Source of the DNA: Candidatus Thorarchaeota archaeon
Lineage (GTDB): Archaea > Asgardarchaeota > Thorarchaeia > Thorarchaeales > Thorarchaeaceae
NCBI GenBank assembly: GCA_016839605.1
Contig: JAEOTX010000152.1
Span: 1-18,315, forward strand
Reading direction: 5' to 3'
Length of the DNA: 18,315 bases
The translations under genes and the position numbers were made by a program. Below are positions 8,030 through 17,465 of this stretch, in pieces. Each line of letters opens with the position of its first letter. The stretch's first letter is position 1. Below the pieces are notes generated by a model. It was not told the DNA's origin. It worked only from the letters and a program-made list of their open reading frames with translations, and ran no database searches.

Positions 8030-8319
8030 GTAGAAAACGGGCGTATCGCTCCAAGATGCGCATCCTCGCAGACATGATGCGCGCCATCCAGAGTGAGGGT
8101 GAGGAAGGAGCAGGTCCGACAAAGATACTCTATGCCGCTAATCTGTCCCATGACCGACTGACCCAATATCTTGATGAACTCGTCGAGAAGGAGCTTGTCA
8201 AAGAAGCTGGCGACGGTGAAAGCAACAGAGTCTATCATCTCACTGAGAAGGGACGGGATTTCCTAAGGGAATTTGTGAAAATGGAGAAGTTTTCCGAAGC
8301 CTTTGGAATCGATATTTGA
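8026..8319 (+). CDS. Archaeal winged HTH transcriptional regulator (ArnR1/HTH_45-like)
   Basis: YRSKMRILADMM, PTKILYAANLS, YLDELVEKELV, YHLTEKGRDFL. Confidence 0.88.
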   Translation: MSRKRAYRSKMRILADMMRAIQSEGEEGAGPTKILYAANLSHDRLTQYLDELVEKELVKEAGDGESNRVYHLTEKGRDFLREFVKMEKFSEAFGIDI

Positions 8320-8328
8320 TGATGCCTC

Positions 8329-8341
8329 AAAGGTTTTAAGA
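8329..8341 (+). promoter_or_regulatory. BRE/TATA for tRNA-Ala
   Basis: AAAGGTTTTAAGA about 30-40 nt upstream of the tRNA. Confidence 0.6.
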
Positions 8342-8370
8342 AATTCAATTTGGATTGTGCAAATAGCCTT

Positions 8371-8476
8371 GGGCCGGTAGATCAGCCTGGTAGATCGTTC
8401 GGTTCGCAAACCTACTGGTTTGCCAGTGGATCGAATGTCCGAAAGGTCGCGAGTTCAAATCTCGCCCGGTCCACCA
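8371..8476 (+). tRNA. tRNA-Ala(CGC) with a 29-nt intron at 37/38 (8409-8437) and encoded CCA
   Basis: Acceptor stem GGGCCGG/CCGGTCC with G3:U70, discriminator A and CCA. Anticodon stem TTCGG/CCGAA, anticodon CGC at 8405-8407. T-arm GCGAG-TTCAAAT-CTCGC. BHB helix UUCG/CGAA with bulges CA|A and UG|U. Confidence 0.95.
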
Positions 8477-8529
8477 TTTATCCATGCCAGATGCCAAGGC
8501 ATTTTACCGATTTCTTTCGTGTTCAAATT

Positions 8530-8925
8530 ATGCCAGAGATATTGCGTAAAGAGGTACAGATGAGTTTCGAGGATGCTGTTAAGAGGGTTGAAGCACTCGT
8601 TGAAGAGGGAGGGTTCACAATCCTGCTGACAAAGGGTATGCATGATATGTTCAAGAAAAAGCTGGGTATCGATGACTACCCGCGCCGAACCTTCATTCTT
8701 GCATGTTCCGCAGATCTTGCAAAGAAGGCTGTGGATGTATCACCAGACATGTCACTTGTCATGCCCTGTAGTTTTGTGGTTTCCGAAGAAGAAGGCAAAG
8801 TCATTGTTACGCACTCTTCTATAATGAAAATGGGTGTGGAGTTAGGTTTTGCACCAGAAGAGCCAATGAAACCCGTCATAGAAGAAACAGGAATACGGGT
8901 ACACAAGGTCTGGGATAAAATCTAG
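8530..8925 (+). CDS. DUF302 domain protein
   Basis: Start moved to ATG 8530 because the ORF track start overlaps the tRNA. SFEDAVKRVE, GFTIL, FKKKLG, ILACS and MPCSFVV fit DUF302. Confidence 0.82.
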   Translation: MPEILRKEVQMSFEDAVKRVEALVEEGGFTILLTKGMHDMFKKKLGIDDYPRRTFILACSADLAKKAVDVSPDMSLVMPCSFVVSEEEGKVIVTHSSIMKMGVELGFAPEEPMKPVIEETGIRVHKVWDKI

Positions 8926-8989
8926 ACAGAAAGCCAAGAATTTCTCAGATGTCGAAACCTTCACTAGATACCGTACTCCGAGTAGGGCT

Positions 8990-9769
8990 ATGGTTGACCC
9001 GATAGAGAAACAGTGGGAGGAGAATTCCAAGGCATATGCAGAGCTGATTGGAGGAGAGGGAACTCCACATCATCAGCACATTCTGAACCCCTGCGTGGAG
9101 AAACTGTTAGGAGATGTGAGTGGAAAGAATCTCCTTGATGCAGGGTGCGGAGAAGGCTATCTATCACGTTACTATACTGAGAAAGGTGCTCTCGTTACAG
9201 GCGTTGACATCTCAGGCAAACTAATCGAGATGTGCAAGAGTCAATCTCCTGGCAATGTCAAGTATAATGTCGGCAATATTTGTGACCTTGATTTCATCGA
9301 AGACGAAACCTTCGACCTCATCCTATGCAATTTGGTACTACTCAACATTCCCTGTTTTGATGATGCCCTAAAGGAATTCTATCGAGTCCTTCGTTTTGAG
9401 GGTGGCCTCATTTTTTCTATCGTTCATCCAGCCTTCAATTTCTATGGTCCTGGTAAATGGGAAATGGGTGAAAGAGATCCAGAAACACGAAGACGAACGG
9501 GTCTGTTTTTCAAGGCCGATCAGTACTTCGAAGAAAAGGAGTACCAAGGGATCTGGCAGACTCGAGAAGGTGAGAAGTTCCCGCAGCCGATAAGCTTCTT
9601 CCACAGAACACTCTCGACATATGTTAATGCAGTTTCAGAGGCGGGTCTAAAAATCGTGCGGATTGAAGAGCCACGACCAATGACTGAGGATAAATTCTTT
9701 GATCGGGAGAACAGAATTCCTTTCTTCCTGGTGGTCAAGGCCAGAAAATCCTTTGGAAGTACGACCTGA
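8990..9769 (+). CDS. Class I SAM-dependent methyltransferase
   Basis: Motif I LLDAGCGEG, plus VTGVDIS, FDLILCN and YRVLRFEGGLIFSIVHP. Confidence 0.9.
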   Translation: MVDPIEKQWEENSKAYAELIGGEGTPHHQHILNPCVEKLLGDVSGKNLLDAGCGEGYLSRYYTEKGALVTGVDISGKLIEMCKSQSPGNVKYNVGNICDLDFIEDETFDLILCNLVLLNIPCFDDALKEFYRVLRFEGGLIFSIVHPAFNFYGPGKWEMGERDPETRRRTGLFFKADQYFEEKEYQGIWQTREGEKFPQPISFFHRTLSTYVNAVSEAGLKIVRIEEPRPMTEDKFFDRENRIPFFLVVKARKSFGSTT

Positions 9770-9818
9770 TAACCATAAATGGGTGTACGCATGTTGATTC
9801 TGATAGGGGTAGTAAGCA

Positions 9819-10709
9819 ATGGCGTTAAACCTCGATGATTTGGACTACTTGAGTCAAGGAAAGCGGACAAGACTTCACAGATTGATGTATGAACATGGGC
9901 CTAGAAATGGGCGCATGCTTCTTTTGCCAATAGACCAAGGGATGGAACATGGGCCAGTATCGTTCTTCCCTAATCCACCGTGCGAAGACCCTGAGTTTCA
10001 ATTCAAACTTGCTGCCGAGGGAGGTTACTCGGGAATTGCCTTGCACTTGGGACTAGCAGAGAAATATGGCCCGAAATATGCCGGGAGAGTTCCAATCGTA
10101 CTGAAGGTCAATGGTAAGACAAAGATTCCTCCTGACTCTCATGCCATGTCTCCAATGACGGCATCTGTCGAGGATGCAGTCAGGATTGGTGCTGATGCTA
10201 TTGGATACACACTCTATGTTGGCAGTCCTCGACAGGTTGAGGACATGAATCAGTTCAGGAAAGTAAAGGCAGACGCAGATCGCTATGGAATTCCGATAAT
10301 CCTATGGTCATATCCTCGTGGTGAAGCGGTTGATAAGAAGGGCGGGAAGAAATCGCTCTATGCTATAGATTATGCAGCTCGGATAGCAAACGAACTCGGA
10401 GCGGCGGCGGTAAAGCTCAATGTGCCTGATGATGATCCGAAGAAACGTTCTGAACAGCCAGAGCCCTATGATTCACTAGAACTCAGCTATGAAGAAAGGG
10501 TGAGAAAAGTCATCAAGTCTGCAGGAAAGACCTTGGTGCTCTTCTCTGGAGGGAGTATGTTGAGCGACGAGGACCTTCTGTATAGGGCGAAAGTCTGCCT
10601 TGAGGAGGGTGCTGCTGGTCTGCTCTTTGGTCGAAATCTCTGGCAGAGAAAATGGGAAGATGCTCTTGAGATAACTGAGAAGCTCAAGAAGATGATGTTG
10701 GGCCTTTGA
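9819..10709 (+). CDS. Class I (DhnA/archaeal-type) fructose-bisphosphate aldolase
   Basis: LPIDQGMEHGP, SVEDAVRIGADAIGYTLYVGS, WSYPRG, the Schiff-base Lys in ELGAAAVK, FSGG and FGRNLWQ. Confidence 0.93.
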   Translation: MALNLDDLDYLSQGKRTRLHRLMYEHGPRNGRMLLLPIDQGMEHGPVSFFPNPPCEDPEFQFKLAAEGGYSGIALHLGLAEKYGPKYAGRVPIVLKVNGKTKIPPDSHAMSPMTASVEDAVRIGADAIGYTLYVGSPRQVEDMNQFRKVKADADRYGIPIILWSYPRGEAVDKKGGKKSLYAIDYAARIANELGAAAVKLNVPDDDPKKRSEQPEPYDSLELSYEERVRKVIKSAGKTLVLFSGGSMLSDEDLLYRAKVCLEEGAAGLLFGRNLWQRKWEDALEITEKLKKMMLGL

Positions 10710-10767
10710 TGGACTGAAAGCATCTCATCCCAAAGCCTTTTCCCATGGTTTTTCCACCCTACATTAA

Positions 10768-11211
10768 GTGATAGGATTGACTGAGGAACTGAAACATTAC
10801 ACCGTTCAAGTGAATTGGGACCATGACAAGGGAGGAAAGGTGGCTGCTGAGGGGAAGCAGAGCATCAAGATGGTTCGACCCAAAGGCGATGATAGTACAT
10901 CTGATATGTATGCGCCAGAACATCTCTTCGTCGCATCCGCCACAGCCTGTTTCATGAACTCGTTCATATATTTCACCAGAAGGATGCATATCGAGTTCAA
11001 GTCCTTTGAATGTGAAGGCACGGGTATCCTTGAACAAATAGGAAAGAGTTTCGAGGTCACCAAAATCGAAATCAAGTCAAGAGTGGTCATCGACTCTGAG
11101 GAACTGCGGTCAAAAATCAAGAGGGCCATCTACCTTGGCCATAAGTACTGCTTCATCGGAAATAGCATGAAAGCTTCCATCGCCTATGAAGATGAGATAG
11201 TTGTAGTGTGA
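10768..11211 (+). CDS. OsmC/Ohr-family protein (copy 1)
   Basis: PEHLFVASATACFM and KYCFIGNSMK, with both conserved Cys. The start could instead be TTG 10777. Confidence 0.85.
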   Translation: MIGLTEELKHYTVQVNWDHDKGGKVAAEGKQSIKMVRPKGDDSTSDMYAPEHLFVASATACFMNSFIYFTRRMHIEFKSFECEGTGILEQIGKSFEVTKIEIKSRVVIDSEELRSKIKRAIYLGHKYCFIGNSMKASIAYEDEIVVV

Positions 11212-11278
11212 ATAACGAGAATCTACCTATTCCGAACTCTTTTTCCGAGCGAGACTTAACGTGAAAACTAGGTGAGTC

Positions 11279-11716
11279 ATGGTGAGTGACGAGTCACACG
11301 AGTATAACGTGAAGGTTGATTGGACACATGGAAGAGTAGGCAAGTTCACAGTAGAGAACAAGCCCGAGATTGAGGTCGCAACTCCACCTGAGTTTGGCGG
11401 ACCTGAAGGAATTATCTCTCCAGAGGACCTCTTTGTTGGAGCAGCAACTTCATGTCTAATGACTACGTTTGTTACATTCACTGGGAAGATGAGGTTCGAC
11501 TTCAAGTCTTTCACTTGTGAAGGCGTGGGAACGCTTGAAAAGGTGGAGAAAGGCTTCCAATTCACCAAGCTCCTTCTGAAGGCGTCTGTAATCGTGGAGT
11601 CTGAAGACCTCGTACCAAAGGCAGAGAGAGCCCTAGAGTTGGCTGGAAAGTACTGCTTGGTGTCTAATAGCATGAAGTGCCCTACTGAACATGAGAACCA
11701 TGTGGAGGTTGGATAA
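11279..11716 (+). CDS. OsmC/Ohr-family protein (copy 2)
   Basis: PPEFGG, SPEDLFVGAATSCLM and KYCLVSNSMK. SD GGTGAG upstream. Confidence 0.9.
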   Translation: MVSDESHEYNVKVDWTHGRVGKFTVENKPEIEVATPPEFGGPEGIISPEDLFVGAATSCLMTTFVTFTGKMRFDFKSFTCEGVGTLEKVEKGFQFTKLLLKASVIVESEDLVPKAERALELAGKYCLVSNSMKCPTEHENHVEVG

Positions 11717-11719
11717 ACC

Positions 11720-14209
11720 TCAGTCCTCTGGGAGAGGAGTCACGTAGATAACTTCCTCAGAATCAGGAAGTGTGACCTCAGTACCTTGGCCTTTCGAATC
11801 AGTGAAGTTCAATTTCTCAATCCCATGCATTGCTTGAAGGTCTCTAGCCCATGGTTTCAAATCTGGGGATATCCACGCTTCAGACAGTCCTTTGCGTAAG
11901 GAGAGCCCATTCTCCCGCTTGAACTTCCAGAAGCCACCGTTTGTCTTGAGGAGAAGATCAGTATGCTCAGTCAGTTTCGATTTCCACTCTTTTTGAGGGG
12001 ATGGATAGGACTCACTATGAATCCCCTCTTTGGAATATAGCTCACGATAGATCTTGTCTGTGATGTAGGGCGTTATCGGAGCCAGGGCTTTCAAGATTAA
12101 CTTCAGAGTTTCGTGAAGAGTATACCATCCGGATACTTGTTCCTCTTCTGAGAACGTCCCCTCAGAGTTGAAACACCTTCCTTTCAACATCTCAATGATG
12201 TGATCCGCAAAAAGGTTCCAAGTGAAACCACGAATTTCAATGATAGGCCTATGAAAGTCCAATATATTGCAGTCAGGCAGTATCTTCTCAATGACTGTAT
12301 TTGCTTCTGCGAGTATCCATTGGTCCACTGGTGTTAGTTTCTTGAAGGCCATCTTCTTCGTCACAGGGAACATTGAGATGAATCGAGCGATGTTCCAGAG
12401 CTTTGTGATGAACTTGGACACTCCAGCTAGTCGATCTTCCGCGAATCGGATATCACTCCCAAGTCCTGCCTCCATGACTCCAAAGAGCCGCATCGAGTCT
12501 GCTCCATATTTCTCCACGAATGGCATGGGAGGTGGCGAGTTGCCCTTGGACTTGCTCATTGTTTCCCCCTTTTCATCCACCACATGACCGGAAATCCACA
12601 TCTCACTGAATGCGGGTTTCTCCATGAGTTGATAGGTTCTCAACAAGGAGTAGTATAGCCATGTTCTAACGATGTCCTTGGCATGTGGCCTCATTACATT
12701 TCCAAATGCCTTGTTGAAAAGGTCCATGTCACGTGGATAACCCACAATATAGAGACCACTGATTGAGGAATCCATCCATGTGTCAAATGTGCGCTCCTCT
12801 CCGGTAAAGCCTTCCTCAGCTCCACACTTCGGACACTTCGAGAATGGTGGATCGTCCTTCCATGGTTGATAGTATTTGATTTCACCTGGTTCTGGGAGCA
12901 CAGGTTCTTTGCATGAGTTGCAATACCAGATTGGAATCTCCGTTCCATAATACCTCCTCCTACTCACAGGCCAATCTACAGTCACACGGTTCAACCAGTC
13001 TATCAGGATTTGACGGTGATGTGACGGAAAGAAAACACCTTCCTTCGCAATTTTCATCAAAGGCTCAATATACTGGACTTGCTTCACATAGTATTCTTCC
13101 ATGGCGATGAACTCGATGGGAGTCTTGCTTCTCCAACACAATGGCACTCTCTGAATGGATTGTTCTTGCTGTATGAGGAGTCCACTCTTTTTCAGCTCCG
13201 CTATAATCTCTTTTCGTGCATCAGCAATCTTCATTCCAGTAAATTTACCAGCAGCATCAGTCATTTTGCCGTCGGGTGATATAGCTGCCACAGGCCTGAG
13301 AGCAAAGTCACGAAAGGCCATCACATCAGCTTGATCACCATAGCTACATACCATTAATGCACCAGTGCCAAATTCCATCTGTGCTGTGGGACTCTCAATA
13401 ATCTGAACCTCAAAATCAAAGAATGGAACCTTGGCCTTTTTCCCTGCATAGCCACGATATCGCTCATCCTTGGGATGAATGAATACAGCCCCGCAGGCAC
13501 AGAGTAGCTCTGGACGTGTTGTGGCAATCTTGATTGGATCCATGCCTTCCACGCTGAAAAGCAGGTAGTACAACACAGTTGGCCGTTCTGAGTACTCAAC
13601 TTCTGCATCCGCAATGGTTGTGCCACACTCAAAACACCAATTATTGGGTCTATAGTCGCTGTAGACAAGACCTTGATTCCAAATGTCAATGAATGTAGCC
13701 TGGGTCACAGCTCTATACTTTGGACTATCGGTCCTGTAGCTACCCTCATCTTCATACGTGTTGAAGCCGATTCCAAGACGCTTGAATCCATCTACGGTGA
13801 TCAGTTCGTCAGCATCAAGTTTTTCCTGACATTTCTGCAGAAAGAGGTCTCTAGGAGTTTCATGCATACTGAGACCTAGGTCTTTCTCTACTCTCACCTC
13901 TACTGGGAGACCATTCCGGTCGATTCCAAGAGGGAAGTTCACCTCAAAACCCTGCATTCTCCGGAATCTTGCGTTGATATCGATCTGAGTATAATGAATC
14001 ACCTGACCGACATGCATTGGACCGGACAGGTAGGGGGGAGGAGTGTCTACACTGTAAATCGTCTTCCCTGAGTCGGGATTGAATGCATAGGTATCTTCCT
14101 TGAACCAGAGAGCGAGAAGCTCCTCTTCGGACTCTGGTTTCCATCTCTTCGATTTTATGGCGGGTTCTAACTTGTCTGGCAAAACATCAATTCTCCTTGA
14201 TGTCAACAA
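11720..14209 (-). CDS. valS: Valine--tRNA ligase
   Basis: DTPPPY, HIGH-like HVGQ, DRNGLP, IATTRPELL, FGTGALMVCSYGD, DWPVSRRRYYG, DTWMDSS and KMSKS-like TMSKS. The start may be TTG 14182, which has AGGAG upstream. Confidence 0.95.
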   Translation of the reverse strand: MLTSRRIDVLPDKLEPAIKSKRWKPESEEELLALWFKEDTYAFNPDSGKTIYSVDTPPPYLSGPMHVGQVIHYTQIDINARFRRMQGFEVNFPLGIDRNGLPVEVRVEKDLGLSMHETPRDLFLQKCQEKLDADELITVDGFKRLGIGFNTYEDEGSYRTDSPKYRAVTQATFIDIWNQGLVYSDYRPNNWCFECGTTIADAEVEYSERPTVLYYLLFSVEGMDPIKIATTRPELLCACGAVFIHPKDERYRGYAGKKAKVPFFDFEVQIIESPTAQMEFGTGALMVCSYGDQADVMAFRDFALRPVAAISPDGKMTDAAGKFTGMKIADARKEIIAELKKSGLLIQQEQSIQRVPLCWRSKTPIEFIAMEEYYVKQVQYIEPLMKIAKEGVFFPSHHRQILIDWLNRVTVDWPVSRRRYYGTEIPIWYCNSCKEPVLPEPGEIKYYQPWKDDPPFSKCPKCGAEEGFTGEERTFDTWMDSSISGLYIVGYPRDMDLFNKAFGNVMRPHAKDIVRTWLYYSLLRTYQLMEKPAFSEMWISGHVVDEKGETMSKSKGNSPPPMPFVEKYGADSMRLFGVMEAGLGSDIRFAEDRLAGVSKFITKLWNIARFISMFPVTKKMAFKKLTPVDQWILAEANTVIEKILPDCNILDFHRPIIEIRGFTWNLFADHIIEMLKGRCFNSEGTFSEEEQVSGWYTLHETLKLILKALAPITPYITDKIYRELYSKEGIHSESYPSPQKEWKSKLTEHTDLLLKTNGGFWKFKRENGLSLRKGLSEAWISPDLKPWARDLQAMHGIEKLNFTDSKGQGTEVTLPDSEEVIYVTPLPED

Positions 14210-14352
14210 GGCTCAGCTGGTGCTGATTCAATCCGCTGGAAGGAGTGTGGATTAAAAGGCTTATGGGCAAGCCTGTTTGACCAACGAATCCGAGTCGAAA
14301 AAGAAGCCTGAGGGACAATGAGCTTACTGGTTCATCGCCCCAGAGGATGTGC

Positions 14353-15201
14353 TTAAGCCCAGAGTCTTCGGCCTATCAATAGACCGACTATTAGAGTGAC
14401 AACACCGATTCCAGCTGCTACGACCAACGGAACATCCATGTTTAGATTGAGTCCTCCACCAGGAAGTCCGGCAGTTCGTATCAACTCATAAGTTTCTGTG
14501 ATGTCGATGGTTGTGTTCTCATTTTCCCAGCTAGTGGCTTCAGAGAATCTCATCTCAAGCAAAACACCATCTTCATCAAAGCTTGATGAGTAGGTGCAGG
14601 TTCTAGTACCATTCAGATTCGCACCCAAGTCTTCCATTAACACTTCGATTTGGAATGCAAAACTTCCATCACCAATTGACTGACTAATGAGCGTCGATGA
14701 GTTATCTGCAGCTGTATTGTCTATAGCGGCGCTCCAGTCCGAGTCATGAGTGCTCCAGATTGGGTTCACAAACAAATGCTCTCCCCAATCAAACCAGCTT
14801 TCTTGAGGTTCTGGAGTAACACTTGAAACAATATACTCTGACCGATTATTCGAGTTAGAATCAGTAGTTGAGATAGTCCAGTACACCTTATTATCCTGAA
14901 AATCAACTGAGTCATTGTGATCCACGTAGAATAATGCTCCCCACCAGACATATCCCTGATAGTTGTAGTTGATGACGTCATCGCCTCCAACTTCGCTTAC
15001 ATTAAAGACATAGACCCTGAAATCACCCTTGATTGAGTAATCATACTCAGGATTATTGTCCTCTTGAGTGGACTCCTGATAGTAGGTCGTGCTATAGTAG
15101 TAGGTCGTTCCTTCAACAACTGCTCTGACAGGGACTGATGTTAGAGACAGCATCAATAATCCAATCGCTATTGAAACGAGAATCATCTTCCTAGAGATCA
15201 T
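14353..15201 (-). CDS. Secreted/cell-surface protein with signal peptide and C-terminal membrane anchor
   Basis: Signal peptide ending VRA, an acidic Ser/Thr/Asn/Tyr-rich body with several N-x-S/T sequons, a Gly linker, a C-terminal TM helix and an RR tail. Confidence 0.8.
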   Translation of the reverse strand: MISRKMILVSIAIGLLMLSLTSVPVRAVVEGTTYYYSTTYYQESTQEDNNPEYDYSIKGDFRVYVFNVSEVGGDDVINYNYQGYVWWGALFYVDHNDSVDFQDNKVYWTISTTDSNSNNRSEYIVSSVTPEPQESWFDWGEHLFVNPIWSTHDSDWSAAIDNTAADNSSTLISQSIGDGSFAFQIEVLMEDLGANLNGTRTCTYSSSFDEDGVLLEMRFSEATSWENENTTIDITETYELIRTAGLPGGGLNLNMDVPLVVAAGIGVVTLIVGLLIGRRLWA

Positions 15202-15330
15202 CTTTCGTCACCGTGCGAAACTAGCTGTTAGATTCGTTCATTTTCTTATAAAATGGAGTCAGATGTCTTATGCCTACAATACCGAAACAGTTAATTCTCA
15301 GAGCCTTAACTATCGTTATCGGTGGTGTGG

Positions 15331-16311
15331 ATGGATTACACGAAGCTTGGCCCCACAGGACTGAAGGTATCACGTTTCATTCTGGGTACAATGCAGATGG
15401 GATGGATAGTCAATGAGGAGGACAGCTTCAAACTCCTCGATGCGGCACTCGAAGCAGGAATCACAACTCTCGATACTGCAGACATCTATTCAAAGTGGGG
15501 TGAAGGTTCACACGCTGGGATGTCTGAAGAAATCCTAGGTCGCTGGATCAAAAATCGCGACAATCGGGAGGACCTCATCATTGCGACAAAGGTTCGTGGA
15601 GAGATGAGTGAGAAGCCGAATGATGCAGGCCTTTCACGGGCACATGTTCTCAGCTCAGCAGACAAGAGTCTGAACAGATTACAGACAGGATGGATTGACC
15701 TATACCAGAGCCACTGGTTTGATTCCGACGTACCACAGGAAGAAACCCTGAGCGCGTATACGAAACTCATCGATGATGGTGTGGTCAACTATATCGGCGC
15801 ATCAAACTTCAATGCCGCCGAACTCGTGGAATCGTTTTGGGTCAGTGACAAGAACGGTCTTGCAAGATATGATTCACTCCAACCACCCTACAGCCTAGCG
15901 AGAAGACGTGATTATGAGAAACATCTCGAACCAGTGATTATCAAATATGGGCTGGGCGTGATAAACTACAGTCCACTGGGAGGTGGGTTTCTCACAGGAA
16001 AATACACTAAGGATGCCACTCCAGACTCTAAGAGAGCACAGATAACCGGCCCCAGATATGGAAAGGAACGAAACTACAGAATCGTTGAAACGCTCACAGA
16101 AGTGGCTGCCACTCATGACGCATCAATAACACAGATTGCACTAGCCTGGGTCCTGACTAGAGAAACTGTCACAGCGCCAATTATCGGCGTGAACACGGTG
16201 GAGCAATTGAATCAAAACCTTGGAGCCTTTGAGATAAAGCTCTCTGATGATGACCTTGATAGACTGAATACTGTATCAAACTGGGAAGAGATGGACTTCT
16301 TGGCACGTTGA
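15331..16311 (+). CDS. Aldo/keto reductase
   Basis: LGPTGLKVS, DTADIY, SEEILG, IATK, IDLYQSH, IGASN, YSPLGGGFLTGKY. Start placed at ATG 15331, with GGTGGTG upstream. The ORF track gives 15322. Confidence 0.93.
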   Translation: MDYTKLGPTGLKVSRFILGTMQMGWIVNEEDSFKLLDAALEAGITTLDTADIYSKWGEGSHAGMSEEILGRWIKNRDNREDLIIATKVRGEMSEKPNDAGLSRAHVLSSADKSLNRLQTGWIDLYQSHWFDSDVPQEETLSAYTKLIDDGVVNYIGASNFNAAELVESFWVSDKNGLARYDSLQPPYSLARRRDYEKHLEPVIIKYGLGVINYSPLGGGFLTGKYTKDATPDSKRAQITGPRYGKERNYRIVETLTEVAATHDASITQIALAWVLTRETVTAPIIGVNTVEQLNQNLGAFEIKLSDDDLDRLNTVSNWEEMDFLAR

Positions 16312-16429
16312 AGATTTCTAGTAAGCTCAATCGCCTTTCGAAATTTCGGCAATCCTGTCCATTCAAGAAAGCTTCTTTAGTGCCTCCAAGAAAATGTAGT
16401 TGTTCGGAGATTGTACCAGGGGACTCGAC

Positions 16430-17113
16430 ATGCGAGCTGTTCTGAAACTAGGAGGTTCACTCCTATATGATGACACGGGCCGGATTCTCATCAACATGGT
16501 GAGAGACTACGCAAAAGGAGTAGACTTCATCATCGAGGACGGTCACAGCATGGTTATCGTAGTTGGCGGTGGAAGGCCAGCACGAGTCTTCATCTCTGCC
16601 GCCAGACAGCTTGGAGCAAGCGAGGCTCAGTGTGACTGGTTGGGAATCAAAGTTGCACGTAACAATGCAGAGCTGTTCTGTGCAGCCCTTGGTGATATTG
16701 CATATCCAAAGATTGTGGAAACGTTAGACGAGCTTGAAACTGCCATCCAATTCGGAAAGGTGGTTCTCATGGGCGGTCTAAACCCAGGCCAGTCCACCAA
16801 TGCAGTCGCAGCCCTAGCAGCTGAAACTGTACAGGCGGATTTGCTGATGAATGCAACTAACGTAGATGGAGTCTACGACCGGAACCCCAAGATATCAGGC
16901 GCAAAGAAGCTTGATGCTGTGACTGTTGATCAGCTGAGTGAGATACTCGCGGGATCTGGCACACGCGCTGGAGAGTACAAACTGTTCGATCCTGTTGCGA
17001 TTCGGGTGGTGGAAAGGTCTAAGATTCCAACTGTCATCTTCAATGGAAATGACCCGCTGAACTTTCGTCAAGTGATGAAAGGCGCGAGGATTGGCACCAG
17101 GATAGTACATTAG
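16430..17113 (+). CDS. pyrH: UMP kinase
   Basis: VLKLGGS, VVGGG..AR, DWLGI, PGQSTNAVAA, TNVDGVY and DPVA of the archaeal UMP kinase type. Start placed at ATG 16430. Confidence 0.93.
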   Translation: MRAVLKLGGSLLYDDTGRILINMVRDYAKGVDFIIEDGHSMVIVVGGGRPARVFISAARQLGASEAQCDWLGIKVARNNAELFCAALGDIAYPKIVETLDELETAIQFGKVVLMGGLNPGQSTNAVAALAAETVQADLLMNATNVDGVYDRNPKISGAKKLDAVTVDQLSEILAGSGTRAGEYKLFDPVAIRVVERSKIPTVIFNGNDPLNFRQVMKGARIGTRIVH

Positions 17114-17147
17114 CCGAACAAATGATGCCTGAAAGGAGAACCAAGAG

Positions 17148-17453
17148 TTGAGAAACTTGCTTGAGAAAGTATTTGCATCACGTGCCCAGACGCGAGTAGT
17201 TCAGCACTTTCTGGAACGTCCGAAGGAATTTTTCAATCTCAGTAGGATTGCTAAGGAGACAGGCCTGGCACACTCAACTATTCATCGGGTGATGCAACCA
17301 CTCGTAGATATGGGTCTTGTTAAAGAGATTAAAGTTGGACAGCAGATTCGCCTCTTCATCCTTGAAACTGAAGAAACAAAGAGCAAGATTCTTGCAGACT
17401 TCTATGATCAAATCAAACCACTATTAGAAGAGATGCCAACTGAAAGGGCTTGA
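17148..17453 (+). CDS. Winged HTH DNA-binding protein
   Basis: FNLSRIAKETGLAHSTIHRVMQPLVDMGLV helix-turn-helix followed by a wing. Confidence 0.82.
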   Translation: MRNLLEKVFASRAQTRVVQHFLERPKEFFNLSRIAKETGLAHSTIHRVMQPLVDMGLVKEIKVGQQIRLFILETEETKSKILADFYDQIKPLLEEMPTERA

Positions 17454-17465
17454 GCGGGTTGGCTT

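Noticed and set aside
8409-8437. tRNA intron as a novelty
   Set aside because: It is a canonical 37/38 BHB intron. It is useful only as evidence that the host has BHB splicing machinery.
8350-8529. N-terminal 60 aa of ORF 8350-8925
   Set aside because: It overlaps tRNA-Ala. The DUF302-like sequence begins at ATG 8530.
11720-14209. Variant signature motifs HVGQ and TMSKS in ValRS
   Set aside because: Variation in these motifs is common in archaeal class I synthetases, and the rest of the protein is intact.
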